Below the pieces are notes generated by a model. The model saw only the letters and a list, made by a program, of their open reading frames with translations. It was not told where the DNA came from and did no database searches. This document shows, piece by piece, positions 54,401 to 64,000 of a stretch of 64,000 nt of DNA. Numbering within the stretch: position 1 is the stretch's first letter; each line of letters begins with the position of its first letter. Source of the stretch: Cycas panzhihuaensis (Eukaryota > Plantae > Cycadophyta); NCBI GenBank assembly GCA_023213395.1, contig CM041465.1, positions 184,023,741 to 184,087,740 of the forward strand. Reading direction: 5' to 3'. Made by a program: the position numbers and the translations under genes.

Positions 54401-57400
54401 TTTCTGGTCATTATATGCCAAAGAAAGTTGCCTTATAATCCTATTTAGTAAGAGATGGGACATTCTTTCTATTTACTCTTGCATATTTCCAACACATTTG
54501 ATAGGCAACATAAGATGACATATTCCTAGGGTAGTACTAATAAAAGAATTAATGGAACAATGTGACCAAAATGACTACCTATAAAATTAACAGTCACAAT
54601 GGCTAGTTACCTATGTGATTTAGTAGATGGAGTAATATTGATATGGATATCAGTAATTTGATCAAAATTTTATGTAGCTTAGAGTAGTTATAGTAGTAGG
54701 AAAATGAAATAATAAAGATAGTAGATATAATAACGATGAATTAAATATTAAGGGGAAGAAATGTTGGGTTTAATATTTAAACTAATGTTTAATTCATTAG
54801 TTATTACATAGATGTCCCCTTCCTATTCTTGTACCCTTTTTTTTTTTTATATGGTTTAAATAATTGTGGGGATTAAAAGGGGGCCCTAACCCCTATACAA
54901 AGTCTACCAATACAGCTACAAAAATTGGTCATGACAAGCCCATGATTTAGCTAACCATATAGCCTATCATAAACTATATCAGCTAAAACTAGGACCCCAC
55001 AGGTCCTTACGAACTAAACCCATTATTTCTGTAGGTAAGTCATTCTTCCATATCTCATTCCTTCTGAACTAAACCCCTTAATTTGCAAGTCGATCATCAA
55101 CCCCATTCATTTTTCTATATATGTGATTAACCTAGACTTTTTTGTCCTTTGGAGCAGCATCTTCACATCATCAATCAAAGCCTGATGCTTTGAGTCTGTC
55201 TCTACTTCCCCCTTAATAACATTTATCACATTCAAAGAGTCCTCCTCCATTATAACTCTCAGGAAGCCATCTTTGATTACCAAGTCCATAGCTCTGTGCA
55301 TAGCTTGTAGCTCTACCTCATGATTATTCTGGTTACTGTAATACTGTAGAAAAGGCCTAGATGAGCTTTCCTTCCACATCTCTACAAATCCCATTGTTCC
55401 CTGCCTCTCTAGGGTTACCTTTTGATATATCATCCAAATTTACCTTGACCCAATCATGTGGTGGCAGACTCCATCCTCCATGCCTAACCTCCTTTGGTTT
55501 AGACATGATGTTTTCAAAGCCCTACTTTACAAGAGTCTTCATATCCTCTAAGGAGACAAAACACTCTTCCTTCACCTTAGAAGTTTCTTTTAGAGCTACC
55601 ACAATAATCCCAAATAGTTTAGACTCATTCATTCTTTTGTCCTGAAAAATATGCCTATTCCTTTCTTTCCATATGTTCCACAAAAGTGTAGGGAGGGATA
55701 TTAGCAATAGGGATCAAAGAGTCCTACATTTGAAAGGACTTTCCCAAACCTCAACTAGATCCTTAATCGTTTCAAAAAGGGCCCAGGACAGCTCAAAGGA
55801 GCTCTAGAGCTTAGCCCACACTTCCTTAGTGTAGATGCATTGCAAGAACATATGGTCTGAAGTCTCCTCATCTTGAAGGCACAAAATGCACCTACTCACG
55901 AGCCGAAAGCCCCTCTTCCTTAGATTATCCAAAATAAGAATCTTGTTCTTAAGATAAAGCCACCAAAAGATGGCAATCTTGGGAATTAAACCCAATTTCC
56001 ACATGCCCCCCAAAAGAGTATGTTCCGTGATACCTTTCTCTACCATTAGGAATAGGTACCTAGATTTAACCGTATAGGTCCCAGAGGGGGACCTAGGCCA
56101 AACTAGAGCACCTTCTTTGGGAAATCTAAGAATGTATATACTATTTAACTTATTTTTGATAGTTGTGATTTACTACTCATTTGCTAGATCACGGGGGACT
56201 TCTTCAAAATATTTCTATTTCTTCATACCCCCACGGATCTCCTAGTAGTCTTTCACCTTTTTTCCATAAAGTCTTTCACAAGCAAGTTGTAAGGGGGCGA
56301 AGGCAGGCCTCTTATTCAATTGCATATGTCCATACTAGATACCCTCCCAAAAATCAATAAAGTTTCCATCCCCAAGGCTCCATTGGGCCCCCATCGTTAA
56401 CATTTTTCTCACATACTCTAAGCTCCTCTAGATGGTAGATCCTTGGATTCGTGGGGTATTATGCTTGAGGTATAGATTGTCCCTAAGGTATTTTTGAGCA
56501 ACGATCTTGCACCAGAGCCTCTCCTCCTTAACAGTAATACTCCAACCCAATTTAACTACTACAGCTCTATTGAAACAAGCTATGTCTTTAACATTCAAGC
56601 CTCCCACCCATTTAGGGAGATACACTTTTTCCCAAGACACTAAATGGACTCTCTCCCTATCCTCAACCCCTTACCACAAGAATCTCCTCTGAATAGAATC
56701 AAGGGCACTTTTAACCTTCACAGAACACCTAAATAAAGACATCATGTATGTAGGGATACTCTGAAGGGATGCCACTAGCAATTATAGTTTCCCTATGTGA
56801 CTCAGTAAATCTCCTTTCTATCTTGCTAACTTCCTTTGGACCCTACTGATAATTGGATTCTAAAGGCCCTTCTCCATTCTATAAATAAATAGGGGCATGC
56901 CAAGGTACAAAGTGGGAAATGACCTAGAGGACATTTCCAAGATCTTGTTGATAGCTCTTTTAGTCCTTTCCATGATGTTCAATAAAAAGATGTTGCTTTT
57001 GTGCAGGTTTATTTTCTGGTTCGTTACTATCTTGAATCTTTCCAACTAGGTTTTTATTGCTCTGTCTTCCTTAATCATTACCTTACATAGCAAAATGTTA
57101 TCATCCACAAAGTGATGATGAACAATATTATCAACACCTGATGTGGGCCCTAGTCCCATAATCTTCCTGGATAACCTGGCTTCCTCTATAGGCCTTCTAA
57201 TGAGTATTTCCAAGATAACAAATAAATAAGGGTACAATGGATCCCCTTGTCTTAGACCTCTATAGCCTGAAAAAAAGGCAAAGGAAGTGTCATTTATGAT
57301 CACTGAGAATCTGGGACTAGATATGCAACTCTCAATCCAGGTTCTCCAATGGTTCCCAAAGCCAAACGCATTAATGCAATCCAATAAGCACCCCCACAAG

Positions 57401-60400
57401 ACCCTATCATGGGCCTTAGACAAATCAATCTTAACAATCATCTTGGGATCCTTCCTCCAGTGAGTCGAATGGATCGTTTCGTGGACCACAATGATACCAT
57501 CCAGAATTTATCTTCCCTTCACAAACCCACCTTAGTTTGGACCTATAATCAAAGGGAGAAATTCTTTCAGCCTCTTCACCATGATCTTGGATAAAATTTT
57601 ATATTTTACATTGCATAGACTAATAGGTTTATAGTCTTCAGTCCTCTTAGCATCACCTTTTTTTAGAATTAAGATTAGGAACGTAGCTTGCCATTCACCA
57701 TGGATCTTTCCATTCTCATGGAATTCCTTAACAACTTCAAAAAAGTCATCCTTTATGATATCCCAATATTTCTGAAGGGAAGCCATCACGTCCAAGGGTT
57801 TTCTCCCTCTTCATACTAAAGACAACTTTCCTCACCTCATCTTATAAGAAAGGGGCCTCTAAAACTTGGTTCATGGCTTCGTTTACCTCATTTGGGATCA
57901 AATCTAGGACCTCCCTTCTGATTGTCTCATTAGCACATCTTGGTTCCATATATAACTCCAAAAAGTACTCCTTTATTACATCTTTAATGCTCTCCTAATC
58001 TGAAATCTCCTCCCTATGCTTATTTATCAAATATTTGATGTGATTTCAAGCTTTATAATTTATCGTTGTCATATGGAAAAGTTTTGTATTTCTATCCCCC
58101 ACTGTGAGCCACAAGGCTCTAGACTTCTATTTCTAAAAAATTTCCTCCTTTGTTAATACTCTCTCTAGTTTAGATAAAATTCTCCTTTCATCCTAGTCTA
58201 ATCGGAGGGACTGCTCTTACTCTTGTATTTTCTCCTCAAGGGCATTTAACTACTCCAAGACCTGTTCCTTTTTTATAAAGATGTCCCCATGGGAATTTTT
58301 ATTCTAGACTTTGATATGGCATTTTACCTAATTTAATTTCTTTGAGAATCTCCACATCATACAACTAGACATAGGGGTCTTCCACTATTCTATTAGTAAT
58401 TCACGGAGGCTTAGGTCCCTTGTCCACATAAGCTCAAATTGGAAAGGGGCACTCGTGTAACATTTATTTTCATTAAATCTTAGCAATAATGGGGCATGAT
58501 CTGAAACTGTCTTTAGCAGGGCTTCCAAACTAATGTTACTATGTTGACCAGCCCAATCATAATTAACAATAACTCTATCTAATCTAACTTCGATATGATG
58601 AGATTCCAATCTTCTATTGGACTAGGTAAACTTATGGCCTCTCAGGGGGACATCCATTAGCCCTCCCTTCTGCATGAAATCCCCTAGGTTATCCATACTT
58701 TTTGTCCATTCAATTTGACCCCCTTTCTTCTCATCAGGAGATAAGGCTATATTAAAATTGCTTGTAATCACCTAGGGGCCTGTCCAATCCACATGGGCCT
58801 CCAGAAGCCTAATCTATAAATGCTTCCTTCCTTCTTACATTAGGGGGGCACGCATTAGTGACCAACCATTTACAGTTGGAGTTTTTGCTTATCAACCAGC
58901 TAGATATAAAGTGATCCTCACTAATGAAGACCTCACCCACCCAACCTCTGAGGTTCTATATGATGGCTAACCCACCTAAACCTCTAACCACATCTAGGGT
59001 AACCCACTTAGCCCCTTTCTATATTTTATTCTTAACATTTGCTCTGTTCTCAGCTAACAGTTTAGTTTCTTAAATCAACGAGATATCTAACTTCATCTGA
59101 CTCTATAAATCTTTAATCATTCTATATTTAAATAGGGCATTTATACCCTATATATTTGAGGAGGTAAGTTTCATGATTACATCCCCCTTTTTAGGTCCCT
59201 CCTCATCTCTTAGTTCTTGTTTTGGGCCCCTATACTAGGCCTCTACCCTTAAGAGTGTGTTGTGTCCCCTGATCAATCTGGGGCATTGCCTCTCTTTCTC
59301 ACAACACCTTCGATGATGGTCTTCTGGGCCTCTTCTCGCTGTTGAAGTTAGGGCCTCTAACGAGATCTAGTTCCTCTTCTTTAGTCCCTATATCTCTGAC
59401 CTTCCAAACCTTCTCTATATTCTTCTATGAGGTGAGACCTCTTTCATTTTGAATGGGATCCTTATCACATCCATGTTGGATATGTACAATTTGAACATGT
59501 ATGGTGCTTAGGAGGGCCCTTATTTCAACCTCCCCCTCTTCAAATAAGGAATCTTCTTCATCCAGGTTAAGCCCATGCCCTATCTTTGTTAAGATGGGCT
59601 CCTACCCATCCTTTGGAAGATTTGGCATCTGTTCTTCATTATTTTGTGAATCCTCAAGCCTTATCAGCTCTTTAGGGCCTACTTTAGGATCCTTATGATG
59701 TTCATCTTCTTTACCTCCTTAATAGGTGGACCTAATTGGCTTGGCTTTGGGTCTCCAGGGTAACTATGAGGAAAGTGCCCCAAGCATTTACATTTTAGGC
59801 ACCTCATGTTTTCCAACTCATACACTAGCCTTTGCTCTCTGTTCCATCCACACCCATCAATTGTCACTTGCTTAAGGAGATGTTTGTCAGTTCTAGACAA
59901 GACACAAAACCTAGTATTTACTAATCTTCTTATATTCTTTATCATAGAATTCACTGCCAAGAGGGGCCCAATAACCTTCTCAATCCCTTTAATGATATCT
60001 AAATCCCAAGCATGAAGAGGAAGGCCTGAGAGTTGAATTCATAAAGGGATTTGCTTTATAGACCCCTCAACCAGATCAAAGTTTGGATGCCATTTCTCCA
60101 TCAAAATTGCCTTCCTCCCTATCATCTAGGATGACTTTAGGAGGATATTTACCATATCCTCATGGCAAGAGAACTTAAATAGGACACACCCCTTAGGGAG
60201 TACAATAACCTCATCCTAGCTCTTCAACTTCCAATGCTCACTGAACCACTTCCTAATGGGATCTACCCTTGGTTTGGGACCTGAGAAATGCCCAATAAGG
60301 TTACTGCCCCAATATTTCTCTAGCTTATCTGAAAGCCTCTTGGGTAAAGGAATTATGATCTTATCATTATCTACAATGGGGTTTATATCAAATGATTCTA

Positions 60401-61390
60401 CTTTAGCATTGCTTAAAGCATCTAGGTATGACTTTTTGTTAAGAGGAGGGTGGGTTTGGTTCAAGTTTAAAGACTGTTCAATTTGAGTATGAGGGAGGTC
60501 CTTTATAGTTTCCTCCATGTTACAATTAAACTCACAAAATACTTATTTGAGCTGGTGGATCTCACTAGTTTTAGAAAATATCCAATGGATGACTCACTTG
60601 GACCCTTCACTTCTATTTTAGTCTTTCGTCTTGTGTCTTTTTCTGCTCTTGAATCTGTGAGAGAGAAGCCTCAGACCTCCTCCTCTCTAAGCCTGGTATG
60701 TATCTGCCTCTTGTAGATCTTGACTCACTTGCCTCCCAAACAAAAGTCCTCACTACATCTGTCTTTTCTCTGGATCCTTAGAGTCTTTAAACAATAAAGG
60801 CCAGCTCCAGCAAGATCATCTGATGCCAAGCTCACTCCCTAAGATCACCTAGTTCGATAAGTCTAACTAAAAGATTCGTCGCGCTTCCAACCTGAGCACC
60901 TCTAGACCTCTCCTCAGGGCCACTACACATTCCATCGCTAAGTGCTGGAGGCCATTTCCATCCTAATTTACCTCATACCAAATTGATATTGGGCATCTTA
61001 GTGCCCATCTCCCTCTGAGAAGATTTGGATTCATCCCCAGAGGCAAACCTAGTTGTCATCACCTTCACGTTGGAGGAAACTCTATGCATAGTGCTCAAAC
61101 GTCTACATAATCATCTTCCCTAATCTTATACCCTAAAGATTATTATTATTATTGTATTATAATCATCTTAATATATGTATAAGTGGCATATTAGTTTGTG
61201 TACCAAGCCACCAAAAATACACCATTGTTGATCTTGAGAGATCTCACATATATATGAGTATCATATGTGTGTGTGTGTGTGTGCATGTTTTATATTATAA
61301 TACAATAAGTGGAGTTCATTTTCTATTATCTATCTTTGTGTCTCATTTCTTTTCTGAATATGTGGTGTCACTCTAATACCACATCCAATA
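51424..61390 (+). mobile_element. Non-autonomous LTR retroelement (LARD/TRIM-like, ~3-kb internal region)
   Basis: 5' LTR 51424-51748; perfect PBS TGGTATCAGAGC 51751-51762; PPT AGGGGAAGAAA 54751-54761; 3' LTR 54762-54837 + 61135-61390; perfect TSD ATAAT. Confidence 0.92.
54838..61114 (-). mobile_element. Near full-length L1 LINE inserted in the 3' LTR of 51424-61390
   Basis: ~20-bp TSD 54818-54837 / 61115-61134 (16/20 identical); poly(T); ORF1 ATG 60518 (DUF4283-like, CLKCKCLGH); ORF2 ATG 59174; RT RGLRQGDPL, HFVDD; RNase H. Confidence 0.94.
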
Positions 61391-61789
61391 ATAATACTAC
61401 TAAAATCTATTAGTAAGGGTAATGATGTGTATCTTTAAAGTATAGCTGAACATAAGATGATATAGATGCCAAACTAACTCTTATTATCACTATCCTCTTT
61501 GAGGCAAGGTTCCCTCCAAGTAGTGCATCTCTAGGAGCGAGTAAATAGTAGCTTTAAGGTTGAATTTATAGCAGTCTAAACTCAATTTTGAGATGGCTTG
61601 GCTTAGGGTCAAATTACCCTTTATATAGATAGCTAAATGATCATGAAGAAACCTATCAATTTAAGATGGAAGTCAGCCAGAATATGGTCTTCAAAGTTAT
61701 CCAAATAATTCATGCCAACTTGAGATGGAAGTCCACTAGAAGATAGGCTTTAAGTTAGCTAAACTTAGAGTTATTTGCTTACAATAATC

Positions 61790-61930
61790 AGATACACAAT
61801 ATATACATTTGATGTTATGTTAGTAAGTTACTTGAATTCACCCACGGCATATCTCCATAACTTTTGTTGTTCAAGTTGATTAGAGACTTGACCTTTGAGA
61901 GTTAATATGAATTGAAATTTTAGTTGTAGG
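61790..61930 (-). pseudogene. gag: Copia gag N-terminal remnant, probably the 5' part of the 36455-46264 Copia
   Basis: NFNSY...QLEQQKLWRYAVGEF on the minus strand immediately beyond the Gypsy LTR. Confidence 0.45.
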
Positions 61931-62869
61931 GGCCATCTTAGTATAAAAGCCATTTAAAATGAATAACTAAGGGTTATTCTTATTGTGAGTGTGCTTAAGT
62001 ACTCTCAAGGACGAATAAAAGAGACTCGCTTAAAAAAATATATAAAATTAAGACCTAAGAAACCAACTAACAAAAAATATTTTAAGAGTTCATGAAAATA
62101 TCCCTAGTTTTAAACATTCATAAGTTTAATAAGAATTCACAGCAATAAACATCTATGAATTTAATGTGATTAAATTGGCATCTAAATATCAAGTACATAT
62201 CATAAGTTTAATGAATATATATCCAAAAGTTACTTTTAAAAGTTATTAGGATCCCTAAGTTACACTTAATTAAAAGACACCATTAGTATATAAGTTATAA
62301 AAGTCAACAACCACAATTGTAGTTGCATAATTAATACTGAAAGTATTTAAATAAATGTGTTATATTCATACAAGTTTATTAGCTTAATACATAAAAGAAA
62401 AAATTAGATCAAAATTACTTTACATAATCACATAGTTAAAAAAATAAAAGAATGTATGAAGAATAACCCATAAAAATGAATGTGTCTAGTTCAATGAATC
62501 TCCAAAGTATACATATATTTGATACATAAAACATTAAAAAATATATTATATAAAAGAGAATATTAATTTAATAAAAAATAAGAAATATATTAATATATTA
62601 TTCTAATGTTAATGAATGTTTATTAAAAACAAAGTAATTTTGAAAAAAAATTAATAAATGTTATAAAAAGGGGAGGTGATCTTAAAATAAATTTATGTTT
62701 AAATTAATGTTAATATTTTAAAAAAATATTAATATTATTATGGGGAAGGGTTCTTGAAATAAACTTATATTAATGAATGTTAAATGTTAATATTTAAGAT
62801 TAATGTTATAACTATATGCAAAAATTATATAGACCTGAAAACACTTAAAGTTTATTAGATTACTAATAT

Positions 62870-62871
<2 letters not shown>

Positions 62872-62899
<28 letters not shown>
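62872..62899 (+). repeat. Poly-G homopolymer (28 nt)
   Basis: Direct inspection. Confidence 0.95.
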
Positions 62900-62901
<2 letters not shown>

Positions 62902-64000
62902 GAGGAGGGTTTAGACCAAAAGTATTAATATAAATAAATTAAAGTAATTATAGTCATCAATCTTGAATGGTACTTAAACGAAGAGAGGATATGTGCAAAG
63001 TTGGCCAGTGGAAGAGTTGTCTTATTATTGTTGTTGTTGTTGTTTGATGATCATGGTGTGTAATCACACTTTAAAATGTCAGTAATCAAACCTATTGAAT
63101 ATTACAGATGTCAAGTCACAATGTATTAGCTGCCAAGACATGCCAAAAAAAAATATATGCAATGTCGTGAATGACTGAACGTAGCCTGAAGTAGAGAGAT
63201 GTAGATCATGTTGAAGTTACAGCGTCGTAAAAGCGTAAATGCAGAGCCATTCCAAACGTATATATCAAGGGAGATGTCTTCTTATTATAAAGCGCACGGC
63301 TGAATAAAAGTTACCCATCAGTCATATTAAGGTTGCAGTTGTGCATTTACTCTATCCATGCAGAGCCGTGAGGACAACGAATTATTTATTTATGGCTCAA
63401 CATTGAGGTACTTTCATAAATTTTATCACCTATTTAATAATACGTGTTCACCGTTTCAGATTTATCAAATCACCAATTTCGGTTTTATCATTTCATTTTT
63501 ATCAAATTGGATTTTGATCAAATATCACTTGAAATATTAAATCCAGCGATTGATTTTTAATCAACTCAATGATTGAAATATATTAAATCAACAATGTTTG
63601 ATTAATGTTATCCGCCATTGACCTATCAAACGGATTTTAATATACATTAATCGTCAATGATAAAGATGGAGCCATCTAATAATATAGTTGATCGCATATT
63701 GTGTGTTGACTTTTGATCGCCATTCTTTCATTTATTAAGGTCGCCAATGTTATTTATGGAGTTTAGTATTTATGCTAGTATATATCAAAGTCATTTGTTT
63801 TCTTTATGAATGTAATAAGGATGATTGATATTGGTGTATTATTCATTGAGTAAAGATGGTAAATAAAATATATTTCTTACCCTTCTTTCTAATATTTTGT
63901 TATTGAAGAAGTATTAAGAATTATTCTAGATATTAATCAAGTATGACATATTATTATTTTGAATGGGTGCAAATGTATTTTGGTATGTAATGATGATTAT

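Larger units (their letters stand above)
46270..61786 (-). mobile_element. Chromovirus Ty3/Gypsy (minus), with 51424-61390 nested in it; 5' LTR partly deleted
   Basis: LTR pair ~46770-47180 vs 61391-61786; PPT at 47181-47192; chromodomain EYLIKWKSLDLDDAIWE; integrase; RT EYLGHII; protease FIDNDNTHNFI. Left boundary 46270 is tentative (TSD attgg/atcag). Confidence 0.82.

Noticed and set aside
62560-62810. ~75-bp degenerate AT-rich tandem repeat / possible Copia 5' LTR
   Set aside because: Low complexity and no recognisable match to the 27057-27490 LTR.

Overview
Eukaryotic, AT-rich and CpG-depleted DNA, almost certainly a large land-plant genome (gymnosperm- or fern-like repeat families; the organism is inferred only). 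No intact host gene, RNA gene or CRISPR array is visible. The window is a stack of nested, decayed retroelements. (i) A non-autonomous Copia-type LTR element (1397-7112) carries an antisense, mRNA-like captured fragment. (ii) Three copies of one RNase-H-bearing L1 LINE family lie at 8563-13682 (+), 37314-43638 (-) and 54838-61114 (-); the two full-length copies have an extra reading frame upstream of ORF1. An older LINE lies at 27503-32222 (-). (iii) There are two chromodomain Ty3/Gypsy elements (18603-24542 +, ~46270-61786 -); the first is inserted in the protease active-site motif of an older Gypsy. (iv) A Copia pol (36455-46264 -) and a non-autonomous LTR element (51424-61390) belong to a multi-level nest with recoverable TSDs. 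(v) Very long compound CT/TA/TG/CA microsatellites are present. Three 511-bp units among them are tandemly repeated; each contains a chromodomain, a PPT and a TATA-containing partial LTR, and their consensus encodes a stand-alone 75-aa chromodomain. Nearly all decay is C>T / G>A. The last ~1.1 kb retains CpG and looks non-repetitive.
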